Shown here: positions 14,361-27,487 of the stretch, piece by piece
Layout of the letters: each line of letters starts with the position of its first letter
How positions within the stretch are numbered: position 1 is the first letter of the stretch
Source: Octopus vulgaris
Taxonomy: Eukaryota
Direction: 5' to 3'
Length of the DNA: 64,000 bases
NCBI GenBank assembly: GCA_951406725.2
Contig: OX597819.1
Location: forward strand, 50,344,001-50,408,000
Notes under the pieces: generated by a model
Database searches by the model: none
What the model saw: the letters and a program-made list of their open reading frames with translations, nothing else
Told to the model about the DNA's origin: nothing
Position numbers and translations under genes: made by a program

Positions 14361-14498
14361 GCCACATGGTTCTGGGTTCAGTCCCACTGCGTTGCATCTT
14401 GGGCAAGTGTCTTCTACTATAGCCTCGGGCCGACCAAAGCCTTGTGAGTGGATTTGGTAGGCGGAAACTGAAAGGAGCCCGTCGTATATATGTATATG

Positions 14499-14539
<41 letters not shown>

Positions 14540-14762
14540 TTGTGTGTATGTTTGTGTGTCTGTGTTCCCCCAACATCGCCTGACAACCGATGCTGGTGTG
14601 TTTACTTCCTTGTAACTCAGCGGTTCGGCAAAGAGACCGATAGAATAAGTACCAGGCTCACAAAGAATAAGTCCTGGGATTGATTTGCTCGACTAAAGGA
14701 GGTGCTCCAGCATGGCCACAGTCAAATGACTGAAACAGGTTAAAGAGTAAAAGAGTTGAAGA
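14361..14762 (+). mobile_element. SINE family B, 5'-truncated
   Basis: Same CORE-like and 3' domains as 12056-12881. Confidence 0.88.
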
Positions 14763-14764
14763 GT

Positions 14765-17700
14765 ATACATGGTACACAATAAAGCAAAGAAGACAGCATA
14801 CATATTATACAAGTGTAAAAAGAAAGAAAAGAAAAGAGATGACAGTGATGTCGTCCTCCTGATAGAGGAGGACTTCTGGGGATAATCTAGGAACCCCAAC
14901 GTCCAGGATCTCCCTGAATACCAAGGCAAGTGCCCTCTCCAATTCTTCTTCGAGTTACAGGTCTACACTTAGAAAAGTGCTATCCACTCTTACTATTTTT
15001 GAAAGTCTCCGATCGGAATGTACCCCGGAACAGACAAGCGATTTCATTTTCATCGATGCGCGGAGTCTCTCTGAGAACATCGTCACACTTTCCCATCACT
15101 AATCCTTTATCTGTTGCTAGAGTGAAACGTCCTCCGATCTCATTGCCCCACTAGTAGAGAAGAGATGAACAACAGAAAGATTTGAGTGGAGACCATTCTT
15201 GTTTGATGTCTAGGAATCATTGTAAGTGGCGTAATTTCATCCTGTGTATGCGTATCAAAAGCTATGATATGCTTAAGCCACCATACAACGATTGCTGGCA
15301 ACAGACATACCGTTTAATCACTGAAACGCGTCCTTTCCACAAGAAAATAGATAACAGGCGTTTCAGTCTGATCAAGCGGTAGCCAGTGCAGGGCACGACG
15401 GTCGAGCGATACATGATGACAGGTTCCACTTTGCTCATTTCTGGGTAAGAGTGGCCTCCTTGTTCGTCGCCTCATCCCAGTTCTTATCCACCTGGAGATC
15501 AAGACCGAACCAGAATCAAATCAGTTTATCTCGTCCGTCAGTCCAACGTCCAACGACGCCACCCGACGGCATTGACTTTACTCTCTAGGTGTCCTATCGC
15601 AAGACCACTGACTAGCCAGAGTTGATTTTGGCCCCTGCAACCGGCTCGTATTCCTTTAGAATGTTGCCGACCACCTCCACTTCAGAGGCGGTCGGCAACA
15701 TAGTGTCTGACACTATGATGATGACATCGTCGTTGTATGTCGTCACAACTTTCGCGTGTCCCAGTTCGAAAGTGATGTCCCCTGACTGTCCTAACTTCCG
15801 TGGCAGTGGCTTAAGAGCCAGCACATATAGAAGAGGAGACAGCAGAAAATCCTGACGGACTGAAAGTGCGATGCCAAATTGTTCCGATGAGTTGTCGTTT
15901 ATTATGACCACCGAGCAGTTGCCGCTGTGCATTTTAGTGATCCAGCCATTGAAAATCGGTTCGAAACCGGCCGCTTCCAGGACGGTTTCCAAGTAGCGAT
16001 AGTCGACCATATCGAATGCTTTGGATTAATCCAAATGGATCAGGGCCCCAACGAAGCCAGCTTTAGTCCCAGCCTTCTCTATAATGAACCACCTAAGGTG
16101 GAGGTTGTGGACAGACCCATTCGGGATTGCGTACGTTTGTGATTCCCCAACTAGACTACCGACGACATGCTCCAACCTTTTCGTCGGCACGTTGGCCAAA
16201 ATCTTAAACTCTGTGTTGAGCAAAGTTATCATCCGAAAATTCTCTAGTACGTCTCCATTGTCAGCATCCTTCCTCAGCAACGTTACCACACTCCAGATAA
16301 CAACGCGAGGAAGTTTTCCATTCTGTTGCCAGCTACAGTTGACGTTTACCAAATGGCTGCCAAACAAATCGGACATGAACTCATAGAATTTATAGGGTAG
16401 ACCATCAAAACCGGGCAATTTATGATCTGTACAATCGCTTATCACCCTCCCCCCATATTTCAGTGACCGTTATTGGCTTTTCGCAGAACCTTGCCTCTGC
16501 TGCAGAGTACCGCGGCAATCCGTCCAAGTATGTACTAAAATCCACAACCATCGTCGACTCCCCAAACAGCCGTACAAAGTACTCTTGGAGAGCCGTGCAC
16601 ATCTGCTCGGACCCGAATAGCACGCACCCGTTCCGATTCGTCAAAGTCCTGATGGTGGTTGCCACATCGCATCTCAGCCGTTCGGCCTATCGGACGGTTT
16701 TAGTTCCTTCGTATTTGAGCGTATGGGCCTGAGCTCTGACATCGTAGCCTTCGTATTTCACCCCGAAGAAATGGCCCAGATCATTCTCGCTGCTATGACA
16801 TCGGTCGTGATGCCTTTACTAATCGTCTCAGTTTTCTAACCAGTTCTCCCTCTAATCCATTTCTTTCTATTATTAACGCTTTGCTAAACGCTATCGATTC
16901 TACTTTAATAACCTTCAGGGTTATTCCCCTGTCAACTGCCACTTAACTAGTTCACTAATCCGGTCCGTGTAGTCTTTGCCTGCCGGTTAACTTCCAGTAA
17001 CTTCCAGTAACCGGGTCGATAAATTTCGATTCTACTTTAATAACCTTCAGGGTGCCCCGCCACCGGCCGTTGACGATTCCCCTGTCAACTGCCACTTAAC
17101 TAGTTCACTAATCCGGTCCGTGTAGTCTTTGCCTGCCGGTTAACTTCCAGTAACTTCCAGTAACCGGGTCGATAAAATTCGAAGGCGTTTTAAGTAAAAG
17201 TCTGTCTTTCGGATTTTATTTTTATTGTCAGTTAGATAATCCATTCACTGTTGCTTTTGTTCACATCAATAAAGTTGATGGATACATTTTGTGTGCCGTT
17301 TAAATTGTTTCCTTTTAACAGTTTTAGTTTTGGTTGTAGAGTTTGCGTCTTTTCTTGTTGTTTTTGATGTTGATGATATGATGATGTTCCTGTTGTTGAT
17401 GATGCTGTTACTGCTGCTGCTGCTGCTGTTGTTTGTAGTTGTTTCTGTTACTTTCTTGAACCCTCCCCCGTTTTCGCATTTTCCCTCTGGAGACGGTCAT
17501 CTTTCGGCCTGATCTTTCTTCTACAAGTCATTCCCCAAGTATCTGGTGGGACACGGAGAAATCTGGTCGAAAGAAGAATTCGAATCGTTGTTGTTGGTTT
17601 ATAGAGCAGGAGATATGGGAAGAACTTACTCTTCAGCGGGAGCGGGGTTCAAACTTCTTCGCTGCCGAGGATTTGGTGTAGGGATCCTGATCTGCTCACA

Positions 17701-18320
17701 GGGTTGTAGTTGAGGTTGTGGAATTGTCAACAAGGGTAGTTTCGGTTTCTTTAATTAAGGGTTGTTAACATTTTGATGGGGTATACGTTCGCAGGTGTAA
17801 CACGTAACCTTTTTTGTTCTCAAGCACGACTGTTATGGGCGCACACTTTCCATATCAATTATGTCAGAGATCGTATGGAAGCTTTCTGCGGTCACCAGGG
17901 ATTCTATTTCCACTCCGGGTCGATTTGAAAGTTAGAATATCGCCATACTCATCAAGTAGCATCTCGAAATATTGGATGCTAAGCTCCAGAGGCACATTCG
18001 AAAAAGTAACCTTATTCACCCCGAAGAAAATGGAACGAAAATATGTTCACCTGAGGAGCAAGTATGCAAGGCCATCTTTTTCGCTGCCTCTTCGCTATGG
18101 CATATACCAATGAGAGATCCAAAATCTCTTGCCCTTCTCACATGCCAGATAGAATCCCAGACATCTTTCAGGTATTTTTCTACCTGTAGTGGAGTCGGAT
18201 AGATCACAGTTCTTTTTGTGATCTGATCTTTTTCGCCTGGTGGTAGAACGAAAAGATTAAATTTTACCAAGTATTTTCGGAGAATTTTACCAAATTTGCT
18301 ATCGATGGAGTGATCCATAC
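14765..18320 (-). mobile_element. Decayed L1/Tx1-clade LINE (ORF1 + ORF2 RT; endonuclease mostly deleted)
   Basis: ORF2 motifs GYWKLN (~16990 and ~17150), PGFDGLPYKFY, NFRMITLLNTEFKILA, VRQDFLLSPLLYVLAL, YNDDV (degenerate YADD) and FLWKGRV. ORF1 remnant ~17780-18318 with a degenerate knuckle CYTCERIPH. Pyrimidine-rich 3'UTR to ~14765. Confidence 0.88.
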
Positions 18321-18322
18321 TT

Positions 18323-18654
18323 CATACTCACCAGATTTAAATCATCATGGACGACTACGTTCGGCACGTTACTGAAAGTGGAATTAATCAACATACCTCA
18401 CAATCATCGTTTCACCGAAGGCTGTCGTTGTTCAGATGGAGTTCGAAATGAATGAGGCTCATTTAGTCAACGATTGTTATCTAGAATTGATGTAGTCATT
18501 GAAATTTAAGGCAGATTCAAAGAATATTCTTACAAAAAAGTTTATTGAGAACATGTGCACACATTATTTTTCGCAAAAATACGTTATTTTTTCGCTGTAT
18601 TAGAGTTGTTTTATTAAAATACCATAAGTGACCTCAAATACCTCTCGCAGCCTG
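18323..18654 (+). mobile_element. Tc1/mariner (maT/DD37D-like) 3' remnant
   Basis: Translates to YSPDLN..MDDYVRHVTESGINQH..SRIDVVIE; ends in ...CTCTCGCAGCCTG followed by TA (18655-56). Confidence 0.65.
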
Positions 18655-18691
18655 TACGTATATACGAATGTATGCATGTATGTATGTATGC

Positions 18692-19181
18692 ATGGCCGGG
18701 TCGTCGGCGACTAAACCGGCAACCCCACCAAGCTTGCTTGGTGAGGAGGGTGTTTATTGGACACCCTGCGGGATGAAAAACAAAACCCGTCAAAGGGCAG
18801 AAGAACTCTTGAGAGTCAACGGCCATCCAATAAATGTCTTAGGGCTGTATCATGCGCGGGGACATAGAAATAATCGGACTGAATACCCGATCGCTCGGTT
18901 AAACCATTGGGAGTGAAGGACTCCTAGCTTTTGTTAGGGCATCCTTCTAGGAGAAGGTAACTGGGATAACTCCGACATAAAACTTGCGGCTCAGTGGTTA
19001 CCGATGATGTTGACTTGTTCTTCTTTTCGGATTATGGCTGCTGTTGCTTAGTGAGTGGGATTGACTCAGTGCACAGCCTTTCCTCACTTTAGAAAAAATC
19101 TTCTTGCACAGGCATTGCACGATAACAACATTGATTAAGCTTCGTGCAATGGCCATACTCGATAATGAGGGGGCAGCCACC
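18692..19181 (+). mobile_element. Short non-coding, highly structured retroposon, probably a bipartite RTE derivative (5'UTR + 3' end), in a (TATG)n tract
   Basis: GC-richer island flanked by (TATG)n with multiple hairpins. GGCATCCTTCTAGGAGAAGGTAAC and the end CATACTCGATAATGAGGGGGCAGCC resemble RTE 5'UTR and 3'-end motifs (recalled, not searched). Confidence 0.55.
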
Positions 19182-19543
19182 ATGTATGTATGTATGTATG
19201 TATGTATGTATGTATGTATGTATGTATGTATGTATGTATGTTTGTATGCATGCATGCATGTATGTATGTATGTATGTATGTATGTATGTATGTATGTATG
19301 TATGTATGTATGTGTGTATGTATGTATGTATGCATGCATGCATGCATGTATGTAGGAATATAACTCGCTGTGTGTGTGTGTGTGTGTGCGTGTCTTTCTG
19401 CTTGTAAACCATATCGCTTGATAACCGGTGTTTGTTTACATCCCTGTAACTTAGTGATTCTACAAAAAAGAATGATATAACTATATAGTATTATATGGTT
19501 TCTGGCAGGATCATTTTCTCACTTGCCATACACACGGTTGAAA

Positions 19544-19763
19544 GGCGGCGAGTTGGCAGAATCGTTAGCACACCGGACGAAATGCTTAGCGGTATTTCGT
19601 CTGCCGCTACGCTCTGAGTTCAAATTCCACCGAGGTCGACTTTGCCTTTCATTCTTTCGGGATCGATTAAATAAGTACCAGTTACGCACTGGGGTCGATG
19701 TAATCGGCTTAATCCGTGTATCTGTCCTTGTTTATCCCCTTGTGGGTGGAAAAGAAATAGGTA
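19544..19763 (+). mobile_element. SINE family A, full length
   Basis: GGCGGCGAGTTGGCAGAATCGTTAG (A-box-like), GAGTTCAAATTCC (B box), central GACTTTGCCTTTCATTCTTTCGGGATCGATTAAATAAGTACCAG. Confidence 0.9.
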
Positions 19764-20351
19764 TAATCAGTTGAGGAATTATAATGAAACAAAAATTCTA
19801 ACCAAAGAATTGTGAATCTCTAAATTTTATTACGGTGGTCACAAATGCACGTGATCTCAAAAGTATCATTAGAGATGTCTGGAATTAAACGTCTTCATTA
19901 AAGAACTGGTAGATGCTTACAATATGGTTACTATCGGAATAGCAAACGAGGCTGCATTAAAAATCCTTTTAGATGTATGAAGAAGTTGTCTACTAACCAA
20001 AAGTTGTCTATTAATTCCAATTCCTGCAAAATCCTTCTCAGCATGTCCCCCAGCACGTCTATCAAGGCTTACAAAGTTGCATATATGAGCGTAGTGATGT
20101 GTGCACTAGTATATTTGTGTGTGTATGTGCGTGTATGCATAGACATATATATGTATATATGTGTGTTTGTATGTGTATGTACACGCGTGTGTGAGTATGT
20201 ATATAGATATATATATATACATACATGTGTGTGTGCGTTCATGTATGTGTGTGTATATGTGTGCATATGTGAATTCCATGAATGAAGTATTATTTTCACC
20301 ATCCCTATTGGAGTAATTTCCCTTTTTTTAACGGTTTTTTTTCATAGCGTT

Positions 20352-20426
20352 TTGTCTTAACAACTGATGAGATGTCGGAGAAGACTTCAACCCCGGTATC
20401 CGAAACTCTGAGTTTTATTATGACAA
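20352..20426 (+). ncRNA. Type I hammerhead ribozyme (PLE/retrozyme type), slightly decayed
   Basis: Helix I TTGTCTTAACAA/TTATTATGACAA (10/12 pairs); CTGATGA 20364-70; helix II GATGTCGG/CCGGTATC; GAAA 20402-05; near-palindromic helix III ACTC-T-GAGT; site GUU. Confidence 0.72.
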
Positions 20427-20542
20427 CCAACTAATTGTCACATAGTATATTTATAGATAAATTCCTCTATTTTACATAATATCGAGATTTCGTTCATTCT
20501 TTTGTTGTCACATATTATTATTATCAATACACACACACACAC

Positions 20543-20599
<57 letters not shown>

Positions 20600-21424
20600 T
20601 TTTTGTGTGCAGAAAGAGAGCTAGAAACGGAGCGACAGAGAAAGAGATGATATACAGAAGGCGAGACAATAAGTTCAAGCTGAAAAAAAAAAAGAACAAC
20701 AACATAAAACTGCAATAAACCTTACTAAACAACGCACAGTAAATTAATAATTTCAAACACATATCAAAATAACACCCACAAAAAAAAAAAAAAGACACCA
20801 CCATGTTTTAATTATCTTTTCATGCTTCATCGACGTTTTTTGATAACGACAATCTCGAGTGGAAAACATATAATGTAATATAAATTACAATATCTCTCTT
20901 ATCGCATCGCATCGCATAGCATCGTATAGAATTTTGTTTCTTCTCTATCAGTTACTCCGAGAATTTAAGTAGTTATGAAAATAATTTGCCTCGGTTTTAG
21001 TCCCTACTGTAAGAAGCCACTGATTTATATGTGCTTTTACAAGAGAATCTCAAGTGCTCGGATGAGCAGGTGATATATACAATGTAAAGTGATTATCGCG
21101 CTCGCTCTCCACTGATTGAAATGAAGAGAGCAGGTGTATACTCAGTATAATTACTGGACGCGTCTTTGCCAGATAATTACCACTTGTTAGGAAACCAGGA
21201 ACATCACAATTATCTATTATTTGTCGAAAGCGGCTGTGAAATTATGCTGGAATCTAAATGATTCCTGGTACTGTGTTTTTATTTATTTATTTTTTTTGCT
21301 TCCATTTTGCTTGTACTTTCTTCAATTCATTTCACCATTCATCTTTCAGCCTTTATTAACATTTAGCATTCATTACCCATTGTCGTATTTTCTTTCTTCC
21401 ATTCTTTCTTTCTTTCTCCTCCTC

Positions 21425-21784
21425 TATGTGTGTGTGAGTATGTATGTATGTATGTATGTATGTATGTATGTATGTATGTATGTATGTATGTATGTATGTA
21501 TGTATGTATGTATGTATGCATGCATGCATGCATGCATGTATGTATGTATGTATGTATGTATGTATGTATGTATGTATGTATGCATTCATGCATGCATGTA
21601 TGTATGTATGTATGTATGTATGTATGTATCAATTGATACTAGAATATAAAGAGAAAATCACGTTAATGATTTTTATCAGGTAGTCAACATACAATAATAA
21701 TTTATAGGTAATTTATATATTAAATTAATAATTATTTATATACACAAACACACATATAGGTATTTTATACACTAAATTAATAAT

Positions 21785-21829
<45 letters not shown>

Positions 21830-22359
21830 CTGTATGTATATATATATATATCTATATATATATATGTGTGTGTATGTATATATATATATGTGTATAGATA
21901 TATATATGTGTGTATATGCATATGTATATATATATATATATGTGTGTGTGTGTATATATATGTGTGTATATATATGTGTCTATATATATATATGTATATA
22001 CATATATATGTGTATATCTATATATATATATGTGTGTATATATATATATATATATGTGTATATATAAATATATGTATGTATATATATATATGTGTATATA
22101 TATATGTGTGTATATATATATATATGTGTGTATATATATATATATGTGTATGTATATATGTGTGTATCTATCTATACCTATATATCAATAATAACAAAGG
22201 GTAAAATTAATTAATTAAGAATTAATCAATAATTTCAGCAAGTAGAATTCGGTATGAAAAAGGACCATTTCAACGGCAAACTTAAGTAATACTAATAAAA
22301 GGTTTCAGCAAAGATTAGCTCCACCACACACCGAAGTTTAGAAATAGTTTAGAAATATA

Positions 22360-22408
<49 letters not shown>

Positions 22409-22529
22409 ATGTATATATATATGTGTGTATGTATATATATATGTGTGTATGTATATATATATGTGTGTATATATATATATATGTGTATGTATATATATAT
22501 ATGTGTATGTATATATATATATATATGTG

Positions 22530-22578
<49 letters not shown>

Positions 22579-22680
22579 GTGTATATATATATATGTGTAT
22601 ATACATATATACATGTGTATATATATATATGTATATATATATATACATATATACATGTGTGTGTGTGTGTGTGTGTGTAT
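21425..22680. repeat. Compound (TATG)n, (TA)n and (TG)n microsatellite block
   Basis: Direct reading; interrupted by short AT-rich repeat fragments (e.g. 22190-22350). Confidence 0.95.
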
Positions 22681-22916
22681 ACAATTTCTCGAAATATTAT
22701 GCTAAGGACGGAAATGAATTTGTATAATTCTAATCCTGAAATGCGTACATAATTAATCGAAGACTGTTTAATTTCGTTATTTTTCTTCTTTTTGCCTATG
22801 TGAGTTACAAATATTGTTATCTGTGGAGTAATATCTCTACTAAAAAAGGAATGAGTTGTCTTTGGGTGCTATTTCTAAATTTTTGGTATGTAGTGAAGCA
22901 ACTTGTTGCTTGACCC

Positions 22917-22947
<31 letters not shown>

Positions 22948-23158
22948 ATGCATATATATATATACCTGTATTTGTATATATATATATGCACACACACGCA
23001 CACACACACGCAGACGTACATATATCCGCACACATTCATACATATATTCTTTTTTATCAGAGTGTGATTCAGCTTCACACTTAAAAGTTTCTCATGGGGG
23101 AGAACACGTTCACATCATAAATTGAGACACAGAATAAAGTTAATTCGAAAGAAATTCA

Positions 23159-23672
23159 AAATTAGAAAATTACTATTTGTAACTCTCACAACGAGAGATG
23201 TTCAGGAACAGTACTTTGGAGTAAAGATTGTTTGCCAACATAACATGGCAGTCCTGGTTTAGGACGAATGTTGCCATAATTTAGCCCCAGGAGACATCGT
23301 CTCCAGTTGGCTATACGACGCGATCTGTGTCATATATTCGAACAAGGGAATCTAGTTCCCCCACTCAGCTCAAAAAAAATATTTGTGTATCGCGATTTCG
23401 GGTTATTTCCCTTCGTCAGCACAGAATGATTGTTCAGCTAGAGGCAGCACTGCCAAATTCCCGTTCAAAATATACAGTTTTCAAAGCGACAGCTAGTCAT
23501 TGATCTATAAATTAGAAAATTACTATTTGTAAATCTCACAACGAGAGATATTCAGCAACAGTACTTTGGACTAAAGATTGTTTGCCAACATAATTTACTC
23601 CCAGGACACATCGCCTTTTGCTGGCTGTACGACACGATCTGTGTCCTTATAGTTTCGATCAAGGGAATCTAG
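23159..23672 (-). mobile_element. ~1.5 tandem units (period 350 bp) of a hammerhead-containing element (non-LTR retrozyme or solo PLE pLTR)
   Basis: ATTAGAAAATTACTATTTGT... at 23161 and 23511. Homology runs to AAGGGAATCTAG, with a deletion in the second copy. Confidence 0.75.
23381..23427 (-). ncRNA. Minimal type I hammerhead ribozyme
   Basis: Minus strand: TGTG CTGACGA A GGG aaataa CCC GAAA TCGCGA T A CACA. Palindromic helix III ATCGCGAT; site AUA. Confidence 0.8.
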
Positions 23673-26328
23673 CACTATTACTTTCACTACTTCTCTTTCA
23701 CTAAATTACTATTTTCTCTCTTCCTCACGTCCGGCGTGACAAACAAACCAACAAATATATAAAAACACTACGCTCATTATTATATGAGGCGAGTAGCTCA
23801 CCACGTGCCGTCAATAATGATGGCTAATTGTAGTATTTTATATATAAATAAGGTACAAATTAAGGTACATAATAATCACACATACAAACATTCACATACT
23901 TCCCTTGTACACGCACACACATACACACATATACTCACACAGAGTTGTAACGCTGAATTTTTTCACCACTTCATGCCTTATTCATCTATCACACCTTTCT
24001 TTCTCTCATTGCTATTACTTTCTCTCTCTCCCGCTCAATCAGGGCCATTACTCTCACTACATCTCCTTCACTGAATTACTGTTTTCTCTCTTCCTCTGTG
24101 TCCGGCGTGATTCTGAACAAATTTATATATATATATAAATATATATAAAGATGTTGGCGTCAGTTAGTCATCAGTTTATAGAATGCAGTATTTTGGTAAC
24201 AGTTTCCACGTGGAGCTGTAACCATTTCAGTGGTGTCGGGTTAATTATAAATTTGCATGGCCAGCATGAGTGATAGCAGGCATTGCCTGTCACAGTTGTC
24301 AGACTAAAAGTCCACCCGGCAGGGAGGATTTTTTGTTGCGTATGTATATGTGAAACTATAACTCATTTTATTCTCCTTTAGCTTCGTTTCAGTCACTTTT
24401 AAACAGAGGCGTTCCGACCGTGACTATCCAATTTAACTCTACATTCATGACTTCATTGTTCAATTTTCAATTTTCAGACACTGGGTATAATTTGAAACAG
24501 ATTCGGCTGCCATATCAGGCAGGTCCCCGTTCTCATCAGTAAGCAACTAGGGTCATTTTCAACCGCAAAAGGGTTATTGAATATTTTAAGGTTTACATTT
24601 CATTCTTTTTTGTTCACTCTAGTCTCATCTACTAATCTCTCTCATGTGTGTGTGTGTGCGTGCGTATAAATGTGTGTTTATTACATGTGTGTGTGTGTTT
24701 GTGTGTATGTGTGAATCACGACGGTGTCCTTAATAGGGCTGTAGTGGCACCAGCAGAATACATAGTGTACATTGAGAATTGTTAACCTGGCGGAGCCCGT
24801 CCCTTTCTGGATTCGATCATATTTTGTTTCAGAGAGAGAGGGGGAGGGAGAGAGAAGGAGAGAAAGAGAGAGTAATAGAGAGTGAGAGAGAGAGACAGCG
24901 GAAGGGAGAGGGAAAGAGAGAGGAAACAAAAGAGAAAGGGACAGAAGACGAATGTGACAGAGAGGGAAGAATAGTCGATAAAAGTGCAGTTTAGTTACTT
25001 TATTCATCGATTCGGAAATGAGGGAGGGCAAAATTAACCCCAGCATGAATTGAACTCACAGTTCAATGAGAACGAATACTGTAAGACATCATCCAACGGT
25101 CTTTCCTTTGAAGACTATACTAAATATCGGTTTACCGTTTTGACACAAGGCCAGCAGTTTCGAGCGAGAATGTCAGTCGATTTCATTGACAGCCTCGGTG
25201 GAATTTGAACTCAGAAAGTAAAGACGGACAAAAGTGTCGCTAAGCATTTTTTCCGGCGTGCTAAAAATTCTACTAGCTCTCTGCCTTAAGACTATACTCT
25301 ATAGATGTCGATGTTATCCTTGTTTCATTTTTGCTTCATTGAGCAAAACATAATCTGCTTTACACCCAGGGCCATTCCATCTATTGTTTAGGATCATATA
25401 GGACTACATAACCCGATAAAACCCTTTTAAAGACGAAAAGGATTTTATTCCTTCGTGAAAAACTGAAATACGTTGATTTGATCAACATTCTTCTCTACTC
25501 TAGACACAAGACCCGAAATATATTAGGGGAGGGAGCCAGGGGATTAGATCGACCCCAGTACGCAATTGGTACTTAATTTTTCGACCCCAGAAAGGATGAA
25601 AGGCAAAGTCAACTTCGGCGGAATTTGAACTCAGAACGTAAATACAGACGAAATACCACTAACCATTTCGCCAGGCTTTTCTGCCAGCTCGCCGCTTTAT
25701 TGATTTGATAAATATTGTGCCTATTATTTTAGAACTAATACAACTTTGTCTTTCATCCTTTCGGGGGTAGATAGAATAAGTACCAGTTGAACACCGGGGT
25801 CGATGTAATCAACTTACTTTCCCCTAAAATTGTCGGCCTTGTGCCAAAATTCGAAACTATTATATTTAGCAGTTCTTTTGACGGCGTAGACGGCTCCCCC
25901 CCACCAATCACCGTAGAGCAGTAGATATTGAATGTCTTATGGATTATCATTAAATATTGATTTGCTCCATTTTTCTTTCTACTAACTCTTAGTTTGGAAA
26001 GAAGAAAAAATAACAACTAAAGAAAAAAAAAACTCGAACCCAAACGGGATAAATGTTAAACTGATAAATGTCCATAGTAACTGTGTGTAAGAAAAAAAAC
26101 CAGATAACGTAGAAAAGTGTTTGTGGTGAAATGAAAATGAACGGATAGTGTGAAACAGTTTAACGTCTTATTTAACTCAGATAAGATTTGTTATGCAGCA
26201 GCGGGTGATCTATTAACGCCATCAGATTAGCTTGCACCGCCGCCATATAAAGTAGTGTCATTCGATATAATTACATCATTTGATATGTATGTATATCATT
26301 TTCTCTCTCCTTCTTCTCGGTCTCTGTT

Positions 26329-26360
<32 letters not shown>

Positions 26361-26760
26361 ACACAAACGCACACAACAAACCAAACACACTTACGCATAT
26401 ATATATATATATATATATATATACAAACACACATATATATATGTATACACACACACACACACACTTATATATATATATATGTGATATATGTGTGTGTGTG
26501 TGTGTATATGTATAAGTGCATGTATGTGTATGCGTGAATATATGTATGTGTGTGTATATATATGTACATATGATGATTTGAAACTCCTCATGAAGTAGGT
26601 TTGACTAGCACCAGCTGTACGAAGTTGTTGCGTACTACAAGCAAATCCGACTTAACAACATACATTTATACACAGACAAGTATGTATGCACACATACATA
26701 TTTCTCTCTTACCCACTCCCTCTCACTTTTCATATATATATATATAAATATATATTTCTG

Positions 26761-27167
26761 TGTGAGTTAGAGGTTGAGAAACCAACTTAGGGATAGTACC
26801 TATCCAACATACTGGTGGTAATGTACCCAATTTTTCATACCCAAGTGCTAGTTATTGCGTGTCAATCTTGCAGTTGAGTGTTATATATGGGCGGAGATAA
26901 GAAGTGGTTTACCCTTGATTTATACGGCAAATAAGAAAGTGGAGAGGACACAAAATGGACAAACATCAGCCGGTAAACATTCCACTATGTCTATTTATTC
27001 CAACGTATTAGAATGTATAAGTGAATACATACACATTTATTAGTAGTACAGCATATCAAAAATAAAGAGTTGGTAATTGCAAGAACAAGGGTGTGGAAGC
27101 ATATAATCATATAGGAACAGGTGACTGAGTAAATGAGCAGATTCTTAGTAGGTGCTAGTTCCTTACA
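26761..27167 (+). mobile_element. Possible solo LTR (~407 bp)
   Basis: TGTGAG...CTTACA termini, TATA-like TATATAT ~26882 and AATAAA ~27061; no TSD visible. Confidence 0.45.
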
Positions 27168-27252
27168 AGTATGTGTGTGTGTGTGTGTATGTATGTATAT
27201 ATATTTATATATATATATATATATATATGTATACATCTGACTTTAATACAGT

Positions 27253-27487
27253 TTCCTATTTCTTTACTGCCCACAAGGGGCTACACACAGACGGGACAAA
27301 CAAGGACAGACAAACGGATTAAGTCGATTATATCGACTCCAGTGCGTAACTGGTACTTATTTAATCGACCTCGAAATGATGAAAGGCAAAGTCTACTTCG
27401 GCGGAATTTGATCTCAGAACGTAACGGCAGACGAAATACCGCTAAGTATTTCGCCTGGCGTGCTAACGTTTCTGCCACCTCGCCGGC
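27253..27487 (-). mobile_element. SINE family A
   Basis: Reverse complement of the family consensus. Confidence 0.88.

Noticed and set aside
19544-19630. tRNA-like A/B boxes as tRNA genes (also 43406, 47340-47414, 59061)
   Set aside because: No complete cloverleaf; each continues into a repeated SINE body.
26180-26270. TATA/CArG-like promoter (CCATATAAAG)
   Set aside because: No downstream exon or correctly spaced initiator; such motifs are expected by chance in AT-rich DNA.
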